Below, piece by piece: positions 17,292 to 25,574 of a stretch of 34,685 bases of DNA. A program made the position numbers and the translations under genes. The notes under the pieces are model-generated. The model did not search any database and was not told the DNA's origin. It saw only the letters and a program-made list of their open reading frames with translations. Each line of letters begins with the position of its first letter. Position 1 is the first letter of the stretch. Origin of the DNA: Myxococcota bacterium (GTDB lineage Bacteria > Myxococcota_A > UBA9042 > DTJE01); contig JAGOFO010000008.1 of NCBI GenBank assembly GCA_017997155.1, positions 1 to 34,685 of the forward strand. The letters are read 5' to 3'.

Positions 17292-18533
17292 TCAAGACTT
17301 CAACCACGCAGCCTTCATCACCCGCATCGCGTTTCCAAAGAGGATCTGGTCGGTCTCCTCGGCGGTGAAGTGCTGTTTCATCGCGTGGATGATCCGATCC
17401 ATCTGGTTTGGCTTGAAGCAGTCCGAGAAGGGATGTGTCATGCCGTCGAAATCGGAGCCGATGCCGATGGCCGAAATGTCTCCACAAACCTCGCGCATGT
17501 GAAGCATGTTCCGGATGACGTCGGGAATCCCGTCGTTTCCGGAGTAGAACCTGGTCTCGGGATCGACCAGCCATCTGCGGGACAGGATAAGGCCGACCAC
17601 GCCTCCGAGCGCGTGGACCTGACGCAATTCCTCGTCGGACACATTGTATTCGTGGTCGAAAAAGTGCTTCAGTCCGACGTGGGACAGAATGACTGGCCTG
17701 TTGTACTTGTGCGCCAGTTCATAGACCTTCTGGCGGGCCGCTTCCTGCGTATGAGACAGATCGACGACGAATCCCTGCCTGAACAGTTCGTTGAAGAAGC
17801 CTTCGGCCCCGTGGTCCGGGTCGTCCCATGACCAGTCGGCACGGTGCATCTTGAAGAAAGTTGAGTCCCTGACCGCCACAACCCGACCGCGAACCTTTTT
17901 CGGGATGATCTCCGTGGCCTCGGTCTGCGGCGAGTATGGGTTGTCGAAGAAATGCGAAGGGCAGATGCACGCCACGCCGCGTTTTTTCAGCAGCGCGAGT
18001 CTCTTCGAGGTCTCGGCGAGGAGTTCCTCGCGTGGCAGCTTCTCAAGTCCGGACCCGATTGAGTGGGCGCCCTCCACCGCGTGGACGAAGCCGATCTCAT
18101 CGGCCTGCAAAGCTTCGACATCGGCGAAACTGGTGCAGATCCGCAGCTTGTGCCCGACCATCGGCAGCACGAGCCGGTTGGTCTGTTCAACCGCCACATT
18201 CAGCGCGTCGATCATCTTCTGGAGCGTGCGCCAGGGGTCTGCCAGGCGAAGCCCGCCGTAGTACGTGGGCGCGAAGGCCCAGAAGGCGTTCTTTGCGGCG
18301 GTGGTGAATCCGTTCTTCAGAAACTGGTACTCGATAACGTAGTGGGCGTTCATCATCACTTTTACCGGGCTGGCGTTCAGGTTCGCGTAGCGCGTCCTGA
18401 ACTCGAACGGATTAAAGTGAGGCCCGGAGTAGTAGGGCGCGGTGTGGAACGTCCTGGAGATCCAGGGAAGGTAATGGATTCGAAGGCTCGGGTGCGCGTG
18501 AAGGTCGAAGATTCTGTCTGGTGAGTTGTCCAT
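17292..18533 (-). CDS. Peptidase M19 family (membrane/renal-type) dipeptidase
   Basis: 413 aa with motifs DLHAHP, HAVEGAHS, VDLSH and IGSDFDG, characteristic of M19 dipeptidases. The start ATG directly abuts the upstream gene's stop. Confidence 0.85.
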   Translation of the reverse strand: MDNSPDRIFDLHAHPSLRIHYLPWISRTFHTAPYYSGPHFNPFEFRTRYANLNASPVKVMMNAHYVIEYQFLKNGFTTAAKNAFWAFAPTYYGGLRLADPWRTLQKMIDALNVAVEQTNRLVLPMVGHKLRICTSFADVEALQADEIGFVHAVEGAHSIGSGLEKLPREELLAETSKRLALLKKRGVACICPSHFFDNPYSPQTEATEIIPKKVRGRVVAVRDSTFFKMHRADWSWDDPDHGAEGFFNELFRQGFVVDLSHTQEAARQKVYELAHKYNRPVILSHVGLKHFFDHEYNVSDEELRQVHALGGVVGLILSRRWLVDPETRFYSGNDGIPDVIRNMLHMREVCGDISAIGIGSDFDGMTHPFSDCFKPNQMDRIIHAMKQHFTAEETDQILFGNAMRVMKAAWLKS

Positions 18534-19310
18534 TTATTCCTGTGGGACGGCCGTATCCGTAATCGCAAAACTCAGCGTCTGCTGCAGACCGGTCAGCTGC
18601 TCGGTGAGAACGACCGTCACGTTTCCGGGCTTGACGAACATGATGTTCAGCGGCGTGGCGCTGCCCCAGACGCCATTCTCGTATACAGCGTCGAGGTTGA
18701 ATACGTCAACCACCGCGTCGGCGGGAACCGCCGCGTAATCCAGGCTGATATCGCCGACCAGCGTGTTCCCGTCAGCATCCACCGGCTTTCCAATGAAAGT
18801 GGCCTGGGAGTAAAGCGGGACTTGAACCGGCGTCTCGTTGTTCCGCACGAACTGGTCCGCCTCCGGCTCACGGACAAAGGTCACGACATCGATACCCTCG
18901 GCATCGACGAAATTCAGCACGATGTAGTCGATCAGGGTGGAGCCCAGCCACGACTGCAGTGTGTATTCGCCGGCCGTGGCAACCGTGAAGATCGCGTCTC
19001 CGATCGACTCAGTAGTCTCGTCCGTGGTGATTGTCACGCCGTCGGACGGCGCCAGGATGTGTGTGATTTTCGATGGATCGCTGATCTCAGCGTCCTTGGA
19101 TGGCGTGACATTGATCCGGTGCGTCACGCCCGTGATCAGGTTTACGTCCTCAAGTGAACCCTCGACGACCGCGTAGTCTGTGTGCAGCGAGTAAACCAGT
19201 TTGCCGAGGTTGCCCTGGTTCGACACGACATCGCCGCAACCGGCGGCCGTAGCGGTCATGACCAGCGCGAGCATGACGGTCATGTTCAAGTTCCAGCGGT
19301 TTGATTTCAT
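18534..19310 (-). CDS. Hypothetical lipoprotein (probably two beta-sandwich domains)
   Basis: The internal ATG at 19310 is preceded by GAGGGA and yields MKSNRWNLNMTVMLALVMTATAAGC, a signal peptide plus lipobox. The longer ORF (to 19496) would overlap nifS. The rest is rich in beta-strand-like V/T/D segments, and I recognise no family. Confidence 0.6.
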   Translation of the reverse strand: MKSNRWNLNMTVMLALVMTATAAGCGDVVSNQGNLGKLVYSLHTDYAVVEGSLEDVNLITGVTHRINVTPSKDAEISDPSKITHILAPSDGVTITTDETTESIGDAIFTVATAGEYTLQSWLGSTLIDYIVLNFVDAEGIDVVTFVREPEADQFVRNNETPVQVPLYSQATFIGKPVDADGNTLVGDISLDYAAVPADAVVDVFNLDAVYENGVWGSATPLNIMFVKPGNVTVVLTEQLTGLQQTLSFAITDTAVPQE

Positions 19311-19446
19311 GACGTTTTCCCTCAAGACGGTGATGTATGCCGGGTCGAATCGTGCCGCGATTCGCCCGGTGGATGCACCATTATCGTGATCAATCGCCAG
19401 ATATTTCAAGAGAACTGCTGACGCGACCCGATAACGATGCCGCTGA

Positions 19447-20673
19447 TCAACGGTATTTCTCCTGGATGAAAACGTTGATATCGCGGCGCGGTCCATTGGT
19501 TGCCGTGTCCCAGTAGGGCGATATCTGGCGGAGTCTGGAAATGACCTCGGGAACGACCTCGATCACCTTATCGATTTCCTCATCCGTCGTGTACATCGAG
19601 GTGCTGATACGCAGGCTGCCATGTGCGGCCGTGAAAGGCACATCCATCGCCTTGAGCACATGCGACGGGTCGAGAGAACCGCTGGTGCACGCGGAACCGG
19701 AGGACACGCAGATACCATAGTCATTGAGCGCAAGCAGGATGGATTCACCCTCGACGAACTCGAACGCGATGTTGGTCGTGTTCGGAAGCCTGGGGGCGCC
19801 CTCGCCGTTAATGAACAGGTTGGGAACCTTCGCCTTGATCGATGCCTCCAGACGATCACGCATGCGCAATGCCCTGGTCGGGTCGTCGTGCGCCATCAGC
19901 AGTCTGGCCGCCGTTCCAAGACCGACGACCGAGGCGACGTTTTCGGTGCCGGCGCGACGGCCACGTTCCTGGTGGCCCCCAAGCATCCAGGGCCGCCATC
20001 TGGCCCCACGCCTGACGAACATCGCCCCGACACCCTTGGGCGCGTGAATCTTGTGGCCGGACAGGGTCAGAAGGTCCACGTCCCGGAGGTCGTCTTGAAG
20101 ATTGATGGGCATCTTGCCCGCGGTTTGAGTCGCGTCAGTGTGGAAAACAACCTGTGAATCGACCTTTTTCGTCAGCGTGGCAAGGCTTCCAACAGGGAAG
20201 ATCACGCCGGTTTCGTTGTTGGCGTGCATGATCGACACCACGGCGGTGTCATCCCCGATCGCCCTTACCAGGTCAGCCGCGTCCAGTCTGCCGTGACGAT
20301 CGACCGGAAGGTAGGTGGCCCGGTAACCCTGACGCTCCAGTTCCCGGACAACCTCAAGGACGGCCGGGTGTTCAACAACGGTCGTGATGATGTGGCGACG
20401 ATCGGGGTTGGCCCGCAGAGCGCCCAGGATCGCGGAATTGTTGCCCTCGGTCGCGCAGCCGTTGAAGATGATCTCGGATTTGCTGCCGGCGCCCAGCAGC
20501 CTGGCGACGCTTTCCCTGGACGCCTCGATCGCGGCGGCGGCCTCCTTGGCCTGCGGGTATGTGGAACTCGGGTTGAAGTACTGTTCCCGAAGGAACGGCA
20601 TCATCGATTCAAGGACTTCCGGAGCAATAGCCGTGGTGGCGTTGTTATCGAGATAGATCAGCTTATCAGCCAT
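19447..20673 (-). CDS. nifS: Cysteine desulfurase, NifS/IscS type (class I)
   Basis: 408 aa with the PLP-lysine motif SGHKIHAPKGVG and the active-site loop SSGSACTSG. Lies directly downstream of nifU. Confidence 0.92.
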   Translation of the reverse strand: MADKLIYLDNNATTAIAPEVLESMMPFLREQYFNPSSTYPQAKEAAAAIEASRESVARLLGAGSKSEIIFNGCATEGNNSAILGALRANPDRRHIITTVVEHPAVLEVVRELERQGYRATYLPVDRHGRLDAADLVRAIGDDTAVVSIMHANNETGVIFPVGSLATLTKKVDSQVVFHTDATQTAGKMPINLQDDLRDVDLLTLSGHKIHAPKGVGAMFVRRGARWRPWMLGGHQERGRRAGTENVASVVGLGTAARLLMAHDDPTRALRMRDRLEASIKAKVPNLFINGEGAPRLPNTTNIAFEFVEGESILLALNDYGICVSSGSACTSGSLDPSHVLKAMDVPFTAAHGSLRISTSMYTTDEEIDKVIEVVPEVISRLRQISPYWDTATNGPRRDINVFIQEKYR

Positions 20674-20691
20674 TTTTCACTCCCCGGTGTT

Positions 20692-21633
20692 TCAAATCGA
20701 GATGATCTCGAGTTCGGCGTCGACCTTGGAGCGCAGAGAATCCTCGACCACCAGTCTCAGCGTCTGCGGGGCGCCGCTGCACCCCTGACAACCGCCGAGC
20801 AGACGGCAGAACACCTTCTTGCCGCGGATCTCGACTATCTCGATATCGCCCCCCTGCTTCTGAAGACGCGGCCGGATGTCGCTTTCGACCACCCGGTCGA
20901 TCTCCCTGGAAAGCTGGAAAGGCGTGCGCTGCATCGAAGAACTGGTGGGCGGAAGAGGCTGCGGAGTCATGGTCGACTGATCCTCCCGGCCCCAAATGTC
21001 ATCGAGAATGTCCTGCAGACCGCCCGGTTCATGGTGGCAGGCTGTACAGGCGCCCCCCGCCTTGATGGCGTTGGTGATGTCGGCGATTGAGTGAAGGTTC
21101 AGTTCGCGGACCTTCCGCCGGATGAAAGGCTCGGTCAGATTGAAGCATCTGCAGACGATCCTGCCTTCGTCATCCTTCTGAATCGTCGTGTCGAGTCCGA
21201 GTTCCTCAAGGGGAACGCCGCGCTTGGCGGCCCAGTCGGCCACCGCCGCCTGAAGCGCCTCGGCGCCCATCACCGAGCAATGGAGCTTCTGGGCCGGCAG
21301 ACCGTCCAGATAGTCCACGATGTCGGCGTTTGTGATCTTCAGCGCCTCGATGGGGGTCAGCCCCTTTTCCTCGATCAGGGCGCAGAGCGCCTCGGACGAC
21401 GCAATGGCAGAGGTGCAGCCGAATGTCCGGTACCTGGCCTGAACGATGCGGTCAAGTCGCGGATCCTGGTTCCTGTCGACCTTGAACGCGAATTCGAGTG
21501 CGTCACCGCACGAGAGTGAACCGTGCGAACCTATCCCGTCCGGGTCTTCGATTGCACCCATGTGGGTGCCTGCCTTCGAGGCCATCGCGTCCCGGAACAG
21601 CTGAAGTACCTTTTCCGAATAATCCCAAGGCAT
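20692..21633 (-). CDS. nifU: Three-domain Fe-S cluster assembly scaffold NifU
   Basis: 313 aa. N-terminal IscU-like domain (SCGD...FGCTSAIASS...HCS), central CxC...CxxC domain (VCRC...GGACTAC) and C-terminal Nfu domain with GGCQGC. Confidence 0.9.
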   Translation of the reverse strand: MPWDYSEKVLQLFRDAMASKAGTHMGAIEDPDGIGSHGSLSCGDALEFAFKVDRNQDPRLDRIVQARYRTFGCTSAIASSEALCALIEEKGLTPIEALKITNADIVDYLDGLPAQKLHCSVMGAEALQAAVADWAAKRGVPLEELGLDTTIQKDDEGRIVCRCFNLTEPFIRRKVRELNLHSIADITNAIKAGGACTACHHEPGGLQDILDDIWGREDQSTMTPQPLPPTSSSMQRTPFQLSREIDRVVESDIRPRLQKQGGDIEIVEIRGKKVFCRLLGGCQGCSGAPQTLRLVVEDSLRSKVDAELEIISI

Positions 21634-21657
21634 TTTTCAAATTCCTTCAGTCTGGAT

Positions 21658-21677
21658 GCGGCCGTCAGCGGCCGTCT
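21658..21677. repeat. Tandem direct repeat GCGGCCGTC(A/T) x2 in the nifU/terC divergent intergenic region
   Basis: GCGGCCGTCA at 21658-21667 is followed immediately by GCGGCCGTCT at 21668-21677. Each copy contains the palindrome CGGCCG. Function unknown. Confidence 0.8.
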
Positions 21678-21795
21678 CTCATTCTCAGGTAAAATAAGTC
21701 CGAATTACGGACGTGTCAATGACGACCGCCCTGGCCTTAACGAAATTGGAATTCTGGAATAATATCTGCCGGCCTTTGTGGAGAGTGGAGTTTTG

Positions 21796-22755
21796 ATGTC
21801 GGATTCGATTGGCACTGTCGGCCTCTGGGTGGGATTCCTGGTCTTCGTCATTCTCATGCTGGCCGTGGACCTTGGTCTGTTCAACCGAAAGGCACACAAG
21901 ATTGGGATGCGCGAGGCAGGGCTGTGGACCGTCGTATGGATCTCCCTGGCCCTGATTTTCAACGTCGGGATCTATCACTGGTTCGGGACCCAGCACGCGC
22001 TCGAGTTCTTCACGGGTTATCTGATGGAGAAGGCGTTGTCGATGGACAACCTCTTCGTCTTTCTCGTGTTGTTCAATTTCTTCGGAGTACCGGCACAGTA
22101 CCAGCATCGGGTCCTGTTTTTCGGGATTCTCGGCGCGCTGATAATGAGGGCGATCTTCATCTTCCTCGGCGTCGCGATCATCGAAGTCTTCCACCCGATC
22201 ATGTACGTCTTCGGCGCCTTCCTTCTGTTCACCGGCATCAAACTGGCCCTGTCGAAGGGCGAGCAGGTTCACCCCGAGAAGAACCTGATGCTCAGGATAT
22301 TCAGGAAGGTGGTCCCGTCGGTGCCGGATTATCACAAGGAGCATTTCGTCGTCAGGATCGACCATCGCTGGTATGCCACCCCGTTGCTCGCGGTCCTGGT
22401 CGTGATCGAGGCGACCGACGTGCTGTTCGCCGTCGATTCGATTCCCGCGGTGTTCGGCATCACGCGTGATCCGTTCATTGTTTTCACCTCCAACATCTTT
22501 GCGATTCTTGGCCTTCGCGCGCTGTACTTCCTGCTGGCCGGCATCGTCGAGAAGTTCCGTTACCTGAAGTACGGCCTGGGAGTGATTCTGGCGTTCGTCG
22601 GAGTCAAAATGCTGGTCGAGGACCTGCTGGCCGGTATCGGCCGTGAGATCCCGATCGCCATGTCCCTGGGCGTCATAGCCGGAGTCCTGGGGCTCTCAAT
22701 CGCGCTTTCCATGATCATCCCCGACAAGTCCGTCGATGGCGGCAAGACCCCGTAG
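21796..22755 (+). CDS. terC: TerC/Alx family integral membrane protein
   Basis: Polytopic, with the conserved TerC segment FAVDSIPAVFGITRDPFIVFTSNIFAILGLRALYF. ATG 21796 follows GGAGAGTGGAG. The ORF track opens at GTG 21778. Confidence 0.85.
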   Translation: MSDSIGTVGLWVGFLVFVILMLAVDLGLFNRKAHKIGMREAGLWTVVWISLALIFNVGIYHWFGTQHALEFFTGYLMEKALSMDNLFVFLVLFNFFGVPAQYQHRVLFFGILGALIMRAIFIFLGVAIIEVFHPIMYVFGAFLLFTGIKLALSKGEQVHPEKNLMLRIFRKVVPSVPDYHKEHFVVRIDHRWYATPLLAVLVVIEATDVLFAVDSIPAVFGITRDPFIVFTSNIFAILGLRALYFLLAGIVEKFRYLKYGLGVILAFVGVKMLVEDLLAGIGREIPIAMSLGVIAGVLGLSIALSMIIPDKSVDGGKTP

Positions 22756-22771
22756 ACCATCTGATTCGTGC

Positions 22772-22799
22772 TTGATTGTTTAATTATTTCATGGATAAT
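22772..22799 (+). promoter_or_regulatory. Candidate sigma70-type promoter for the P-type ATPase (TTGATT - 16 nt - GATAAT)
   Basis: TTGATT at 22772-22777, a 16-nt spacer, GATAAT at 22794-22799, in an AT-rich patch just after the terC stop. Pattern only. Confidence 0.35.
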
Positions 22800-22876
22800 C
22801 AGGCGTTGAAGTCAAAGACTCCTTACCGTTTCAGACGGGGCAGGGGACAGCGCAGCGGCCTTCGTGTCGTTACGTT

Positions 22877-22905
22877 GTGCCGTGTCTCCATCACGGCACC
22901 TTTCT
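22877..22905 (+). terminator. Perfect 8-bp hairpin plus short T-rich tract: terC terminator or ATPase leader attenuator
   Basis: GTGCCGTG (22877-22884), a 7-nt loop, CACGGCAC (22892-22899), then CTTTCT. It lies ~120 nt after the terC stop and ~40 nt before the ATPase start candidates. Confidence 0.3.
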
Positions 22906-22941
22906 CGTCGTCGATCTATGTCGGCGATGTCTGGGGTGGTC

Positions 22942-25551
22942 ATGAAAGAAGAATTCGGTGGTTCCAACAGGTCGTCCGTTGAGGCGAGGGGCGCCCGTCT
23001 AACGTCCATGGACGTGCGCGGGCTGGATGGCATAAGCGAGTCCGAGGCAGCCGCCAGACTGTCAGCCGAGGGTTTCAACGAAATCCGGGCGTCCAAGGGC
23101 GGTGGGTTGCTGGCAACCATTCTGGATGTGGTGCGCGAGCCGATGTTCCTGATGCTGGTCGCGGCCGGTCTGCTTTACCTTTTCATGGGTGAATTGACCG
23201 ACGCGCTGATGCTGATGGGATTCGTCGTCGTGGTGATGGCCATCACGATCGTCCAGGAACGACGAACCGAGCACGCGCTGGATGCGTTGCGTGACCTCTC
23301 CAGTCCCAGGGCGCTGGTCATCCGTGACGGCGAGCGGCGCCGCATCGCCGGTCGCGAGGTCGTGCGCGGTGACTTGATCGTACTTTCCGAGGGTGACAGA
23401 GTTCCGGCCGATGCCATTTTGCGGCGCGGGATCAATCTCACCATCGACGAGTCGATCCTGACTGGCGAGTCCGTGCCTGTTCGCAAGGTGGCGTCGGACG
23501 ATGCAATGTCCCTGGACCGCCCCGGCGGCGACGACATTCCTTCGGTCTATTCGGGCACTCTGGTGACGTCCGGACAGGGCATCGCACAGGTTGTGGCAAC
23601 CGGCGGTTCCACCGAATTCGGCCGAATCGGGCGATCGCTGAGCGGCGTAGGCATCGAGTCGACCCCGCTCCAGAAAGAAACCGGGCGCCTGGTCAAGACA
23701 TTCGCGATCATAGGTATCAGCGCCTGCGCGATCGTCGTGGTCGCATATGCCCTGACACGCGGCTGTACCGCGGAATCCTGGAAGAACGGGATGCTTGCGG
23801 GTATCGCTATGGCCATGGCGACTCTGCCCGAAGAGATACCGGTGATTCTGACGGTGTTCCTGGCGCTGGGCGCCTGGCGCATCTCACGCAAGAACGTTCT
23901 TACCCGACGGATGCCCGCTGTCGAGACTCTTGGCGCCGCGACAGTCCTGTGCGTTGACAAGACCGGAACCCTGACTTGCAACAGGATGTCGTTGCGCGTA
24001 CTTGGTGTTCCGGATCAGGAGATCGGTCTTGATGAAAGCACGGATGGGCTTCCCGAGGACGTTCATCGTCTGGTAGAGAACGCCATCCTGGCCAGCCGTC
24101 GCGAAGCGTTCGATCCGATGGAGCGGGCTTTGCACGAGGTGGGAAACCGATTCCTCGGCGACACTGAACACCTCCATCCGGACTGGACCCTGGTGCGCGA
24201 GTACCCTTTGTCGCCTGAACTGTCCGCCGTCAGTCAAGCGTGGCGGCGCACGGACGGGTCGATGGTTGTTTCCTCGAAGGGGGCGCCCGAGGCGATCGCG
24301 GATCTGTGCCATGCCAGCGAGGTCGAGTGTATGCAGATTGCCGACCGCGCGCGCGAACTCGCGTCCAGGGGACTGAGGGTTCTGGCCGTGGCCGAGGCGG
24401 TGTCCGGCATGCGTGAACTGCCAGTGAACCATCACGACCTGGAGTTGAGGTACGTCGGGTTGCTGGGCTTCGAGGATCCGCTCAGGACCGACGTTCCGCC
24501 GGCGGTAGAGGACTGCCACACCGCTGGTGTCAGGTTGATCATGATTACCGGCGACTATCCGGCCACGGCGATGGCGGTTGCCCGAAAGGCGGGAATTGCC
24601 ACCGATGGCGGCGTGATCACGGGACCGGAACTCGAAAAGATGAGCGACGACGAACTGGCCGCACGAATCTCGGACGTCCAGGTGTTTGCGCGGGTTGTCC
24701 CGGAACAGAAGCTGCGCATCGTCAAGGCGTTGAAGGCGCGCGGCGAAGTGGTCGCGATGACCGGCGACGGCGTCAACGACGCTCCGGCCCTGAAGGCGGC
24801 GCACATCGGCATCGCCATGGGCGGTCGTGGCACGGACGTCGCGCGCGAGGCCGCGGATCTGGTCCTGACCAACGACAACTTCTCGTCCATAGTCGACGCG
24901 GTTCGCGTTGGTCGCCGGGTTTACGACAATATCCGCAAGGCGATCTCTTTCGTCGTTGCCGTGCATATTCCGATCATCGGATTGTCAATGATTCCGGTGT
25001 TTTTTGGTTCCTGGCCCTTGTTGCTGCTCCCGATCCACGTCGTTTTCCTTGAACTGATCATCGATCCGTCCTGCTCGCTGGTCTTCGAGGCCGAGGAGCC
25101 GGAGTCGGATGTGATGCGACGCCCGCCTCGTGGCACCAATGACCGCCTTTTCTCGGCGGGTTCACTCGGCTGGGCGGCGCTTCAGGGTTTGAGCGTGCTG
25201 CTGGTGTGTCTTGGCGTCTGGATTGTGTCCTCCGCCACCCACGATGAGGACGCGGCGCGTGCCCTGACGTTCGCCACGATGGTCGTTTCTTTCCTGACCG
25301 TCATCATGGTCAATCGATCCTGGTCACGAACGATGTGGACCATGCTGAAAGAGCCGAACAAGGCGCTGTTCTGGGTTATCATGGGAACGGCCGTGATGCT
25401 TCCCGTCGTCATCTTTGTCCCGTTCGCGCAGGGCCTTTTCCACTTCAAGACACCGCACATGCCTGATGCATTGCTTTGCATCGCTGCTGGAATCGTCAGC
25501 GTCATGTGGTTCGACCTGGTGAAGCTGTTCAGGCGGCCCAAGGCTAAGTAG
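22942..25551 (+). CDS. P-type (E1-E2) cation-transporting ATPase, P2-like, specificity undetermined
   Basis: Motifs are LTGESVPV, the phosphorylation site CVDKTGTLTCN, TM4 LPEEIPV and the hinge MTGDGVNDAPALKAA, with ten-TM style hydrophobic segments. Start uncertain (ATG 22918, 22942 or 23008; the ORF opens at 22864). Confidence 0.9.
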   Translation: MKEEFGGSNRSSVEARGARLTSMDVRGLDGISESEAAARLSAEGFNEIRASKGGGLLATILDVVREPMFLMLVAAGLLYLFMGELTDALMLMGFVVVVMAITIVQERRTEHALDALRDLSSPRALVIRDGERRRIAGREVVRGDLIVLSEGDRVPADAILRRGINLTIDESILTGESVPVRKVASDDAMSLDRPGGDDIPSVYSGTLVTSGQGIAQVVATGGSTEFGRIGRSLSGVGIESTPLQKETGRLVKTFAIIGISACAIVVVAYALTRGCTAESWKNGMLAGIAMAMATLPEEIPVILTVFLALGAWRISRKNVLTRRMPAVETLGAATVLCVDKTGTLTCNRMSLRVLGVPDQEIGLDESTDGLPEDVHRLVENAILASRREAFDPMERALHEVGNRFLGDTEHLHPDWTLVREYPLSPELSAVSQAWRRTDGSMVVSSKGAPEAIADLCHASEVECMQIADRARELASRGLRVLAVAEAVSGMRELPVNHHDLELRYVGLLGFEDPLRTDVPPAVEDCHTAGVRLIMITGDYPATAMAVARKAGIATDGGVITGPELEKMSDDELAARISDVQVFARVVPEQKLRIVKALKARGEVVAMTGDGVNDAPALKAAHIGIAMGGRGTDVAREAADLVLTNDNFSSIVDAVRVGRRVYDNIRKAISFVVAVHIPIIGLSMIPVFFGSWPLLLLPIHVVFLELIIDPSCSLVFEAEEPESDVMRRPPRGTNDRLFSAGSLGWAALQGLSVLLVCLGVWIVSSATHDEDAARALTFATMVVSFLTVIMVNRSWSRTMWTMLKEPNKALFWVIMGTAVMLPVVIFVPFAQGLFHFKTPHMPDALLCIAAGIVSVMWFDLVKLFRRPKAK

Positions 25552-25574
25552 CAGGCCACGGGACGCACAGGCGG

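Noticed and set aside
19335-19365. Hairpin (CGAATCG, 5 nt, CGATTCG) between nifS and the lipoprotein gene as a nifS terminator.
   Set aside because: The stem is short and is not followed by a T-tract on the transcribed (minus) strand. It could equally be fortuitous.
19311-19496. 62-codon N-terminal extension of the lipoprotein ORF.
   Set aside because: It would overlap the nifS 3' end. The internal ATG 19310 gives a textbook lipoprotein signal peptide and has an SD.
21634-21795. Possible yybP-ykoY (Mn) riboswitch upstream of the TerC-family gene.
   Set aside because: TerC/Alx genes often carry this riboswitch, but I cannot find the conserved GGGGAGUAG or the distal GACAUA...AGACC-type elements. 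The only similar string (GGAGAGTGGAG) is positioned as the ribosome-binding site. An Rfam scan would settle it.
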